In this document: in pieces, positions 12,970 through 24,917 of the stretch
Numbering within the stretch: the stretch's first letter is position 1
Layout of the letters: each line of letters opens with the position of its first letter
NCBI GenBank assembly: GCA_022813865.1
Contig: JALDZX010000028.1
Coordinates: 186,001-250,000, forward strand
Length of the DNA: 64,000 nucleotides
DNA from: Xylographa opegraphella
Lineage: Eukaryota
Direction of reading: 5' to 3'
The notes under the pieces: generated by a model
Seen by the model: the letters and a program-made list of their open reading frames with translations, nothing else
Databases searched by the model: none
What the model was told of the DNA's origin: nothing
Program-made: the position numbers and the translations under genes

Positions 12970-13487
12970 GGCGGTGGGATGATGGTGTCGGACTCGTGGT
13001 GTGCGAATAGCAAGCTGGCAACGGGAGTAGTCAACTAACTTTTCGACTTGGCGTGGGGGATCCAAGCGGGAGGCAGATTTAGTTGGCGGAGACTACGGAG
13101 TTTAGCAAGGCGGGACTGGCCCTCCCCGACCCGCTGCCCAGGTTCTTGCATTCTGATACTATCGATACCAGGTAAGGTAGGCAAGGTAGGTACTCGGTGG
13201 ACGAGCCTAATGTACAATGCATCCAGGTGGTTTGGGCAGAATGCACGGCTACACACCGCAGACCTCGCATTTCCTACGAGCGAAGCTCCGCGTTGTGCTA
13301 TATGATACCCGGCCTTTTGCACGCAAGCGTGAGGTTGCTATGTCCGAATAAAGGGTCTCTGTGTAACATCGTAAGCGAGACAGTCGCCCTAACTTCTAAG
13401 AGCTTCAAAATCAACTGTGGCTTGCGCGGTCGTGCTCGTGACTTGCTCATTGATGTGCTGCCAGGCGGCATATGCTGCTTCAGATGA

Positions 13488-15669
13488 TCATCCTCTTCTC
13501 ATGTTTATGGGCAGCACACCAGTTGCTTCCCTGTGCCCTCCTACCACCTCCGCTACCGCCTCCAATGCGCCCTGGCTGTAATCCCAGCATGCCACACCCC
13601 ACCAGCCCTTAGCCAGCATCTCTTCCTGGTACAAGTCTCGAATGTTGCCCGCGCTGACTACGAGTCTCGCTGTTTTTTGTCGATTAACTTCCATTTCTGA
13701 CAGGTTTCTCTCCACGTCGTTCCATATCTCGATCTGCGCATCAGCAAGTACGTCGGTGGTGGTAGCAAGAACCAGTACCACTGCTGCCACTCTATTTAAG
13801 AAAGCGAGATGGGTTGAGCTGAGCCCGGACGACAAAGTGTAAGGTACATGGCGAATACGAGGCTGTGACCGCGATAAAGCACGTCCAAGCGGCTCGAACG
13901 GATCGGATTGTTGATTGAGGCCGGTGACCGGTGGTACGGTTGGTGTCAAGAGTAGGATCGTTGACCCAGATGCGAGTGAAACCAGAGGCGAGTGACTGGG
14001 CTGAATAGCCGTTATTGAGGCACGATAAGCAGCGTCAGCAAGACTGCGATGTTTTGAGACCAGTAGAGGAAGTGACAAGGTCTCGGCACCTGGCAACAGC
14101 GAAAGCTTCCTTTTCATTGCTTTGACCCGCTCGTATGAAGTGGAAATTGCAGACTGCAGCTGTGGATTGGCTTCAGTGGCTGCATATATTGCACTCACGC
14201 TTGCCTTTTGAGACTCAATATTCTGCCCTAGGATGACCATGTCACTTCCGGAAAGAAGAGCACGCAGTGGCTCGTGTACGGGACATATGACTGACTCATC
14301 AGCAGGATCTGCTCGGGCAACTATGACTGGACCTGGAAATGCAAAGGACTTTCTGACGACTTCGTCGATCACGAACTTGATAGCTTTGGTAGACATCTCA
14401 GCATCATCGAAGTTTGATGTACAAGATGAAAGCATTATGCTGTCAATAGCACCGTTTTCCAAAAGATCTCGAAGTGGCTGAAGCTCGCTCTTTATCACAT
14501 CGAACGCATCCTTGTCGACGTCGGTGTCGTTGAGGAATCGTCGATATACCTCCTGGAGAGACCTTGGAAGGACTTCTGTAACACATGTGACCACCCCTAC
14601 CCGAACAAGTCCTTGTGCGAAAGCTACAGCATGGCGGCTGAGATACTCGAGATCTTCACGCAGCCTATGTAAATCTTGCGAAGGGACTGCTGCCAAGTCT
14701 GAAAAATGCTGGACAACAGGAACAATGCTGCAATTTATACCACACGCAACCAGCTCTTGACCTATAGCCTCTCCAACTGCACTCGTCCTTTCGATCGATC
14801 GGCCAGCTATTAGGCCCAGAGGGCTTGGAAATTTCGTCGACCGCGTAGCGTTCAAAAAGAGGCCGATCTGAGTTACACAAGATAATTTAGCTCACAAGCC
14901 CGTGATACGAGGTGCGAGTACACAACTCGAGAAGTCAGATAAACTTGTGCAATAGAGAAAAATGGTCTTGATCAAGAAACTGATGGAAATGATCCAATCC
15001 AGAGCAAAGAGACTTCCGCCAAGCTCAACAGCCGCCTGTGCGCACTCATGACGTCCACCGACGATACCACAAGACACAAGCGCTGGTTCATGGTTTTTCG
15101 GCAAGAGTAAACCTAGCTGATTTGCTACAGTATGAAGCTCACGCATGGCCTCAAATGTTTGAATGTTCTGTTGAAAGTATTCGTGCTTCTTCCTTCTCAT
15201 ACATGTTGAACCGGATTATATGCCCTGACCATGGTATCGTTGCGAGTACTATCAGGGTGGTAGGAGATGCGTCAAGCTACTGTGAGGGGATGGTGTGCGG
15301 TGCGACTGCAAGCTCGGATTGAAGTACAAGATATGCGAGCAGGCCAAAGGAGTTTATTCCCAAGGAGAAGATGTCCTCACCACACCGCTATCGAGTTCAA
15401 TTCCGACCTGGAGAGGAAATGGATGCTCTGCTGATCGTGCTGCTTCATGGAGGGAGCTGATAAGTTTCTGTTGCCCAATACCATCTACAGGAGGACAGTC
15501 AGCAAGGAGTGTAAAAAGAGACAGATGCTTCTCAAGACCTCCCTTCAAGGTTTCGAGGTTGCAAAATGACGCTACCGGCTGCCAGTTCTTGGACTAGTGA
15601 CTCGCATTCCGGCGACGGTACCGAGCCCCTGAGCAAGCCAAACAGCACTTGGCCCAGAAGACTGTTCAT
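13488..15669 (-). CDS. GH3 beta-N-acetylglucosaminidase-like protein lacking catalytic motifs (proposed exons 15669-15543, 15484-15381, 14867-13488; about 536 aa)
   Basis: Aligns by eye to fungal NagZ-type GH3: LGQVLFGLLRG..GSVILQPRNL; HPFPLQVGIELDSG; FPSPLGL..GQELVACGINCSIVP; ELQPLR..IDSIM; ALLSGSDMVIL; AYRASIT; C-terminal domain ending ALEAVAEVVGG..ATGVLPI. Start codon and first donor are uncertain. Confidence 0.75.
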
Positions 15670-16510
15670 CACTGATGAGAAAGCTTGCTCAGACGTCGGT
15701 GCTGCGAAGCTCTTACTGTCGAACACGTCGGTGCGGAGCCTCAGAAGGCGTTTTGTACTTCGCGAGCTTGCAGCAAGGTGCCTTGGAGACTCCAGATCAG
15801 AGCGATCGCAGCTCTGCCGCCCGAGAAACTTACCAGAGCCATGATGTACCCGAAACACCTCAGCCGAAGGATTACTCCTGCCAAAAGTCCCAGAAAGAGG
15901 TCATAAGCATCTGCGACAAGGTGTGTCTTCAACCACGATCATCGGGTGCCGAGGGGACTTTAACAGGCGATCTCTGTCTGAGGGGCTGCGCGGCAAGTTG
16001 TCGGTGACCATCGTTGACAAACGAGCATCAACAGCCAAGACGATCTGGTGCCGAATGCCTCGAGGTCGTTGTCGAACATGCACTCACCAATGACAAAGCC
16101 CAGTCGCTAGGAAAAGGCCAGTTTGGCAGGAAACTAACCATGCAAACAGGAGAAATTCCGCTAAGGCAGATCGCGTGCGTACGAACTTACGCACGAGCAC
16201 GTACTCTCCACGTCTGCCTCATCCCGCGAATATCCCGCGATGCCGTACATGGGGGTGGGCGAGGATGCGGAGCTTAGCCACTACCAGGGTACCTGATTGG
16301 AATCGCTGCGGTATAGATAACTGACATGCTTTATCTAGTGTTGATCATCTCGGCCAAAAGGATCCAATGTGGCTTTTTGAGGGTCAAAAAGATCAGGATC
16401 GAGAACAGATGGGTCCGGGACGATTGCCAGAGCTGGCGTGCTGCGTTCGCCAGACCTGTGATGATGCCCGAAGTCTATGCCTCTCTGGCTTTGGTCGAAG
16501 TACGGAGTAT

Positions 16511-16538
16511 GTAAGGTAAGGTAAGGTAAGGTAGGTAA
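16511..16538. repeat. (GTAAG)n pentamer microsatellite
   Basis: gtaaggtaaggtaaggtaaggtaggtaa. Confidence 0.9.
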
Positions 16539-17749
16539 CGCGGCTTAGCATTATTGCGAGCGGCTACCGTTTCCTCTAAATGTGGATCGTGGTAAACTTT
16601 TCTTTAGCTTCAGCTAAAGCAAAATCCCTGAGATTCCGCATTTAGCGGTTCATGCACTCTGACGTCCCGGTGGACACTTGGCCACTGCCGAGTGTTCTCG
16701 AGGCAGCTCGAGTCTGCAAGCTCGACCGGTAGTGGCTTTAGCTCTCAGAGTTGAGAATACTACACCAGCCAAGACAATGGTAGTGGAGTCAATATTCTCC
16801 CTTGTTTTCTTGGGACACCTTGGCACGGACACTGGAACAATGGTCTACCTTCGCAATCTATTTACATTGAGCCTCGCTTTGTAGCAATGAGGACTTTTAT
16901 TGCCAATTGTACGACGGCTCAGATTCTACCAAAGGAAGTGTATAGTCTATGATGTAGATTGACAGCCAGCAGCGTGATCTCGAGTCCCGTTATTGCCTTA
17001 TCATCAGTTCCAGAACAGTTTCAAGTAATAATAAAATCGATCATTGGGTTTTGGTCGTCGGTCACCACTTTGCATCTGATTCTCAAACCACTATAGAAGG
17101 ACTTCTTGTGTAACCTGAGACCGATTCCGATTCGCTGAGAAACCGAGCGATCGCCGGGAGGGAGCTCCGCGCCGCGAGCTCGGACTCAGCGTAGCGTGGT
17201 AGTAACGCGGTGAAAGAGGAAGGTGTGTTCCGATGCTAAAGGCACGGCGGTTATATGATTGTGCAATGCGGCAGACCTGATCAGCAGCCAATATCTTCAT
17301 TTAATGTTGTTCTTGCCGCTCTGAAGCGAGCTCTCGCATTCGTTCACCGGGAGACCGCGGCCCGATGAACGCTTTCTGACCCCGGTTTGATGACTTAGCA
17401 TAGGGCAGCTTAAGGGATCGGATAGTAAGCAGTCACTTGATGAAGATCTCGATATCTTGTAGAAAGTGATGCAGCACGCACTGTAATTCCACATTGTGTG
17501 AACACTTGTCCCTAAAGATTACAAGGAGGGCAAGTAAACCCTGCTACGTTCGGGGGCTACTTTGAAATAAGACTGTTTTAGGATCAGGGCGCACAGGCAC
17601 CAGCGCAGACTGCCAAATCCAAGACCTCCTACTGGCGGACGTAGGCGATACACATTGTTATCTGGACGCGTCCTTGACAATGATTCTTTGTACAAGTGAG
17701 AAAACCGCGGCTACATGAGCCCAGCCATTATATTTGCCTGATCGACACA

Positions 17750-20302
17750 ATGCCCGCGATCCTTTCCACCGGTATTGCGCTCTTCCAATTTCAATGGCCC
17801 GTCGAGCTAACCCAGACAGAGCAGGTCTCCATTGAGGATTTTGAACGAGCACTCCAAGAGTTTGACGTGGGCAAGATACCCTCCCAAGTGAAGCTCAGCG
17901 GCATCATGTCTAAGTACCGGTCACAGCATCCAAAGAGCCAAAGAAGTCGCGAATGCAGCCACTGGCACCTCTCATCCATTCAATATGCAGTTTCGCTTAT
18001 CAGAACGGCATCCCTGCCCCAGCCCTAATCACTCTGCTGAATGCGGTCACGTTACCTAATCATCTCGACCAAGCTAGCATCACAGCTATTATCAAAGGTC
18101 TCTACCCCTCGACGAAAGTGCCTTCGGCTCATATTTTCACCATCGTCAACGCTCTCGGTCAAGGCAAGCAGAAGCCTTCGCCTGTGACTCAGAATCTCTT
18201 GCTTCGATGGATAATCATGGTGCAAGATGTCCTGGCCGAGCCTACAGTCTTGATAAAGCTGTACAGCGTCTTCTTCAATCTTCTGGATATGATCAGCATA
18301 CGGTTGGCCCAGCTTTGCCGATTCAGAATTATGCTAATGCTAATAGAGCTTCCCTATGTCATATACTGTCAATCACAACTAGCAGAAAGCATGTTAGGCC
18401 GTTCCGCATCCAAATGCTGTATGTACTGCCCCAATTGATTCCCGGCTTCGGCTTACGCTGACTCCGATAGTCTTGAACTCTCTAAGAACTTTGTCAGCGA
18501 GCCAGCTCTGGTCGGCTTGCTCAACGTCTATAAGGAATACTGTCCCGATGTGATAGTCGGCCAGTCCGTCGCCGGAAAGTCGTCTATATTTCAGGTGACC
18601 CTGCCTTAAGTACTGGTCGCTTCAATTATTGACTTCTTATAGAACCCTGACCCGGAATGGCGTAATAGACTTCATACCCTTCAGGATATAGCCGTAAGAG
18701 CCACAGATGCATGTACGAACACGACTTCTTTCAAGGTTGTCCGAAGAGGTGTGAAAATGATTCGGACTGCTGTTGTTCCAGAAGTGCACACCTTTTGCTC
18801 CGATAAGGTGTGTCAATACTGATTGTAAAGGCTCAAGTGGTATCTAAGAAGGTTATATAGTTATCTACCACTCTCGAAGATGTCAACGGCATTGCGGACT
18901 TTGTTGAAAACCTCGACAGGCTCGTTCTTCCAAATCAATTGGTGTCAATACTTGAAGATCCTCTTTTACGGCATTATGTTACGCTCAATCCAAACCATAC
19001 TGATCAGCGTCGTATTGACGATTGGATGTCGATACTTCTCGACGCTCGAATGCCATCTCAAGGACTCGATTCGTGCATGAGCGAGGCTCTTGTTGAAGTA
19101 CTGGAAAAGGTCTTGCATTATGTGCGGTACAGTAAGGTAAGTCTATCGTGCTACAATGCTGTAAATGTCCGAAGGCTGAAAATTCGTAGCATATACCGAA
19201 ATCAGTATCGTTGTATCTCCTCGCGTTTCTTCCTCGATGGAATGGCAAAGACAACAGAGACATAATTCTGGGGCTGTTAGCTTACTTACCAATAGTTCCA
19301 TTCGAAGGTTTATTGGTCCAACCAGGCATTTCATTCGCATACTAACGTCATTCAGAACTTCAACAATCTACACTGGCAAAGATAGAGTTTGCAGTCCTCG
19401 ACAACACAATCGAGTCCGCTGTAGCACTTCTCGATTACTACACGACCCTCGTGAGACATTGGACGACTACCCTGCTTTCATTGCCAGATCCAGATTCTCC
19501 AGGCGTAGCGGAGATGATGCAATCCTTTGCGGCACTGGTTGATTACAGCTCTTTACTCTCCCTCTCTCTTCTGGCTTCTTACACACCAACCCAACGTGCC
19601 ATCTCCACTGTTCTGTCCTACCATGAAACACTTGTCCACACAATATCACACGCAGTAAGCCACGCACAAATCCGTATTCTTACACCATTCACCGAGACTA
19701 TTTATCTTCTCGTTTTCTTCAATCCTACTCTCAGTACCCTCTCCCGCTTGTGCCACATTCTTGCAACCTATAAAGGAACCTTCGAAGCAGCTATGTCCAA
19801 ACCTCCACCAGGATCTAAATACGAGTATCCGCGCGCGTTCGTCAGCCATTTCAATGGCTTTCTCATGGACATCTGCAATCTACTATGGCGCTCTCGAGCA
19901 TTTAACGGAACCGATACTAACGCCCTTGGCTGTCTATTACCTCCTGCTATACTACCACCTATTGCCGCATACCTTGACATGCTTACTCCTCGGTATGCTC
20001 TGCAGGCTGTTTTCTCACTCTCGCATCACCTGGTCTTGTCGGGCCTGTCGACTGCTGCCATCCGGGACTTGGAGGCCAAAGCAGCGACGGATGGCAGACT
20101 GGTGAGGACGAGACACATCGGGCCAGTGACACAGAGAAGCTTAGAGGCGCTGGCGATGGATGGAGGGATCAAGGTCAGCTGGGCGGATTACCGATTGGGG
20201 GTTCTGAGGTGGCTGGGTGAGCGAGGAGTAGCTGGGATTGGGGTCTTGATGTCGTGCACGATGAAGCAATTGATGGCAACGAAGATAACCGCAGCTCGTT
20301 GA
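17750..20302 (+). CDS. mis6: Inner kinetochore protein CENP-I/Mis6/Ctf3 (about 9-10 exons)
   Basis: HLDQASITAIIKGLYP, LGQGKQKPS..QNLLLRWIIMV, YSVFFNLLDMISIR, TSRKHVRPFRIQ, LPNQLVSILEDPLL, FNGFLMDICNLLWRSRAF, HIGPVTQRSL..GGIKVSWADYRLGVLRWL. Confidence 0.9.
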
Positions 20303-20575
20303 CTGGAGGACAAATGGATGCGTTTCCGAAAATGAAGGTGGCAGGGGTCGACAGATGTCACCGAATCAAAGGTGCATTGTAATGCCGTTGAAGGAGCAAA
20401 TATATACACATTAAAAAATAAATGATAAGTACCATCCAAAGTTATGCCAATCAGCCGGAAACACCATATGATACACCATCCCTAATGACCCCATCTGGTA
20501 TCATACAAGTCTGGACCGCATTCACCACTACTCCGCTCTATGTTACCCTTCTTCTTCTACCACCCCGATTGAATT

Positions 20576-21043
20576 CTATAAGCTCCCCAACCTCTCAAGT
20601 ACGTCCTCCGGCGTAGATGCAGTTACGTATCCAGCATCTCTTGCTATCGACCTTGCCGCACTCGTACTGCTAGATACAGAGTTGATGCTCGTCGCGACGG
20701 CTTCGTCTCCTGCCCAATAGAACCACGCGCGCCGCATGATGGTGGAGACATGCTCGGGAAGATAGAGAGAAGCGGCGATGATGATCATGGAGAGGAATAG
20801 GACAAGGAAGGAGTCTGCAGCAAAGATTAGCTAACGCGAATTCATCGAGCCAGGGCTCGCAGGGAATAGGAGAATGTAGGTAGTAAATGACAAATAGGCA
20901 ATGGGGCAGGAGGAAGAGACAAATCCGGCAAGCTTACTGAAGATGAACTTCTCTGTTGAGGTGAGCATGTAGAGAGAAAACGTGACTTCATATTGGTAGC
21001 GCTTCCGCTGCAGCCAGCGGAGAAGGGACGATGTGTAGAGCAT
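20576..21043 (-). CDS. Serine palmitoyltransferase small subunit-like (DUF3317/Tsc3-like), 2 exons
   Basis: LRWLQRKRYQYEVTFSLYMLTSTEKFIF|NSFLVLFLSMIIIAASLYLPEH..RRAWFYW. Confidence 0.85.
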
Positions 21044-21436
21044 GGTGGAACGAATATGGAAATCAGATCGGGATTGATATCAAGAACGAAGCTCTGATAA
21101 CGTGTCAGGCGCGTTCTCGGAACAGATTTCCGGTGTTAGCACAGTTCCGCAGCTCAATGGCACGACATTCATACCATTATACGACCCGTATCGATACAAA
21201 AGGAGTGACTTCTGAGATGGAATATCACGTGCTAAAAAGCCGGGGACAAGTGGCGCTAGACCAAATACAGTGACATCTAGAATTCCAACTTGGTTCAATG
21301 CCTGAAATTTGTCACAAAATAATGCCGATGCCGATACCAATAGTTTCAAGACCATTGCTGCCTAACCAACACATATCCGGATGACGACTACCACGATTTG
21401 AGGCGATCTTTTGTCGACCGGTGGCGGAAGGGAGAA

Positions 21437-23360
21437 ATGCCACGAAATGGCTATTCCAAGCTCAACGCAACATCGCCCCTCCCACCACGAGACTCTCTCG
21501 AGCTTGCATCGCTCGCGTCCTCGTCACCCACACGTGAGACATCCCCTAGCTCCTCGCTATCAGGGATATCCTCTTCTCGCAAGCTCTCGATCTCGAACGA
21601 AGACCCGCTCTCCAACTCGACCCCGAGCTCCCTCCATCGCCCTGGACCACCCCATGATCGAACGTACTCCATATCCTCCGCATTCGACTTCGCCTCGAAT
21701 CTTTTCCCGCTTTCTACGACAGCCGCGGGATATACAGCGCTGGGTACACCCATCTCGAACCCCCTCGACCTCAATCCCTCCCTTGAGAAGCACAAATCCC
21801 TGACCTACTTGAACGGCCTTTCCCTTATCGTCGGACTGATCATCGGCTCCGGCATCTTCTCGTCCCCCAGCCAAGTCAACTCGAACACTGGCTCACCAGG
21901 TGCTTCGTTGATAGTGTGGGTGGTCGCCGGGATTCTAGCATGGACAGGAGCAGCAAGCTTTGCTGAGCTAGGTGGCGCCATTCCGCTCAACGGCGGAGCA
22001 CAAGCCTACCTCTCAAAGATTTTTGGCGACCTTGCGGGCTTTCTTTTCACCTGGTGCGCCGTATTCGTACTGAAGCCTGGCGGTTCCGCTATCATTTCAA
22101 TTATCTTCGGAGAATACATCGTGCGGGCTGCTGTTGGCGCAGACGCTGCGAACATCTATGTCTGGATCAACAAAGGGGTGGCTCTAGGGGGTCTGATTCT
22201 TGTCACAGCGCTGAACTGCATCTCCACCAGACTTGGCACGCGCATGGGGGATATGTTCATGGTCCTCAAATTTGTTGCTCTCCTGGGCGTCGCAATCATC
22301 GGCATTGTTGTCGCCGCTACCGGCTTCTCCTACAAGGGCAACATCGCTACGGAGTGGAAAACAGAGAACTGGTTCGACGGCACTAGTTCCGACCTCTCTA
22401 GCTGGGCTGTCGCTCTTTATGCCGGGTTGTGGGCTTTTGACGGCTGGGATAATGTACAAGCTCCCTTTCTTATCCTTACCCTGAAATCGATCTCTCAGAG
22501 CCTCCATCACTAACATATCATACTCGAAACAGACCAATTACGTAGTCGGCGAGTTCGTCCGACCCAGCCGCGACCTCCCCCGTGTCATCCACACCGCCAT
22601 GCCCCTTGTCATCCTCTCTTACCTCCTTGCCAACATTGCCTACATATTCGTTCTCCCCACCGCCACCATCGCCTCTACCAACACAATCGCTGTCCAATTC
22701 GGCGGCGCCGTCTTCGGTCCCCTCGGCGCCCTCTCTCTCGCCATCATCGTCTCCCTCTCCTGCTTTGGCGCTCTCAATGCCGCGACCTTCACCTCCGGCC
22801 GCCTTGTCTACGCCGCCGGCAAGGAAGGCTTCCTGCCCAGCGCCCTCGGCCACATCGGCATGCCGGGCGTCGCGCCCAAAGCAATGGAGCTAGGGCGCGA
22901 GTCCGAGAAAGGGCGCGGCGTGTGGGCGCGCGTCAAGGGCGTGCTCGGCGACGAGGACGGCGCCATCGGCTTCACGCCCATCAACGCCATGGTCTTCAAC
23001 GCCTCGCTGACGGCGCTCTACGTCCTCGTCGGCGAGTTCGCCACCCTCGTCACCTTCTACGGCGTCGCCGGCTACACCTTCTACTTCCTCACCGTCCTCG
23101 GCCTCATCGTCCTGCGCGTGCGCGAGCCCTATCTCGAGCGCCCGTACAAGACCTGGATCACGACGCCCGTCATCTTCTGTTGCGTGAGCCTCTTCCTGCT
23201 GACGAGGGCCGTCGTCGCCGAGCCGGTGCAGACGGTGGGCGTGCTGGCCTTTGTGGCCCTCGGGGTGCCGGTGTATTGGTTCCGGGTGAGGGGGCGAGGG
23301 GGCAGGAGGAAGGGGGAAAGGGTCGAGTGGCGCTTTTGGAGGAGGTGGGGACGGCGGTGA
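21437..23360 (+). CDS. LAT-family (APC) large neutral amino acid/methionine permease, 2 exons
   Basis: GLIIGSGIFSSP, FAELGGAIPLNGGAQAYL, LYAGLWAFDGWDN|TNYVVGE..RDLPR, GRLVYAAGKEG, LRVREPYLERPYKT; intron about 22454-22532. Confidence 0.9.
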
Positions 23361-23590
23361 GGGGGTGAGGGTTCATGCGAGAGTGGGCAGTGAGATGCGT
23401 TAGCGAGAGGGGAGGATGGATTGTATAGTGTGCAATGCATGAGATACCCCGTGTTTTTGAGACCGGAGCCTTTATTCATCGATTAAAGCATTGTTGAGAT
23501 ATCTTCACTTGTGACCCATCGAGTGCTCGGCTGATTGGCGGGTGTCCTCTCGGGTGCATTGGTAACACGTTCACATCCAGCATGCTAAGT

Positions 23591-24732
23591 CTATGCCAGT
23601 AACGCTCGACTACCATGCAGCCATTCCCGCCCCTGGGCTCGCCAGCATACCACCGCTCTGCCGTGCCCAGTGCCCAAATGCCTGACCCGCGGCCCTGCAG
23701 CACCTCTGTTCCACTCTGGGACGCTCTCGTCCGGACGTCTCCCATCCCAGTCATCATGCCACACTTCACACCCGTCCCAGTACCCACCTGACTTCTCGTA
23801 TATGCCCTCAGTCACCCGCTCCGCCTGCTCCGTGCCCGCGACTTCCACAACCATGATCTTCGCCTTGGCCTTCCGCGCTAGCTGCTCGAGCGGCTTGTAA
23901 AATGTGTCCCCTGCCATATCCGACTCACCACTCACAGGTTTCCCTGATCGTTCACGCGGTGGGGGTGGCACTAGAGCGAGCTTGGGCTCGTAATTGCGTA
24001 CGGAGCGCTCCGTCTCCGTATCGAAGCCGGACGGTGAGATGTAGGGTGGGTTAGAGATCAGAATATCCCAGTGGCCGTCGATGGGTGGCGTCCCGGTGAG
24101 CACATCTCCGTAGACAAACCCGACCTGTCGTGCAGAAGCGGCGCGGAGGTGCCCGTGTCTGGTGTTCCAGGCGAGGTTGCGATGCGCGAGCTTGAGCGCT
24201 ACGGGAGAGACATCAATACCACAGATGGAGACGTTGGAGATACGTGGCGCGAGCAGCGCGTGTAGTAGCAGCGCTATGCAGCCGGTGCCGGTGCAGAGGT
24301 CTAGGATGCGGAGGCCTTGGGGAGGGAGAGCTTGCGTATGACGGAGAAGAGCTTCTGCGAGTAGAGTGGTGTATGATTCTGTCTCGGACCTCGGGCTCAT
24401 CAGCAATTGCGGTGGTTTGAGGAGCGCGACGAGGAGACTAGATACCTTGGGATGAGAACACCAGGGCGGCAGAGAATATCTAGACCGCCGAAGGGCTGGT
24501 TGCCAAGGATGTATTGGAGCGGTCTGCCTCGTGCTCGTTCTAGGCAGAGCTTATAGAGAAGATTGGGTGCTGGGGTGGCTCCATGCTGACTATCGGCTTT
24601 TGAGACGTGCTCGCGCAACCAGCGGAGCTCATTTCGAGCAGATGGAAGGTCGCGGCATGGGCGGAGGAGAAGAGGGAGCAATGAGTTGATGCGGCGGGCA
24701 CGGCATATAAGAGAGTTAGGCAGTCGTGGCAT
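23591..24732 (-). CDS. MTQ1: Mitochondrial HemK/PrmC release-factor N5-glutamine methyltransferase, 2 exons
   Basis: ARNELRWL, PLQYILGNQPFG..CRPGVLIPR|SETE, ILDLCTGTGCI, ISNPPYIS, YEPKLAL. Confidence 0.9.
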
Positions 24733-24917
24733 TCATGCCGGACTTGAAAGAGGAGGTTCCTCAAGGATAGTTATTTACAAGGGTCTTGCCGCAGCAGTAT
24801 AACCCGCTAGTGACCGCGTTAGGGCTAGAGGGCATCTACGTCACACACGGTAAACATCCACAACATCGTTCATGGAAAGAGGTACAATGTTCGTCTCAGG
24901 GTATTACGTACGCGGCA

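Noticed and set aside
14985..15180. U3-like box A' (TACTTTCA) and box A (GGATCATTTC) on the minus strand in the long intron
   Set aside because: They are about 170 nt apart with no GT-AG intron joining them, and no convincing B/C boxes follow.
16917..17010. Possible C/D snoRNA: TGATGA...CTGA on the minus strand; GTTATTGCCTTA antisense to 18S on the plus strand
   Set aside because: Boxes and rRNA complementarity are on opposite strands, and there is no terminal stem.
17130..17150. GCTGAGA resembling a TPP riboswitch core
   Set aside because: No downstream TGAT..GATAAT..CAGCG motif and no thiamine gene nearby.
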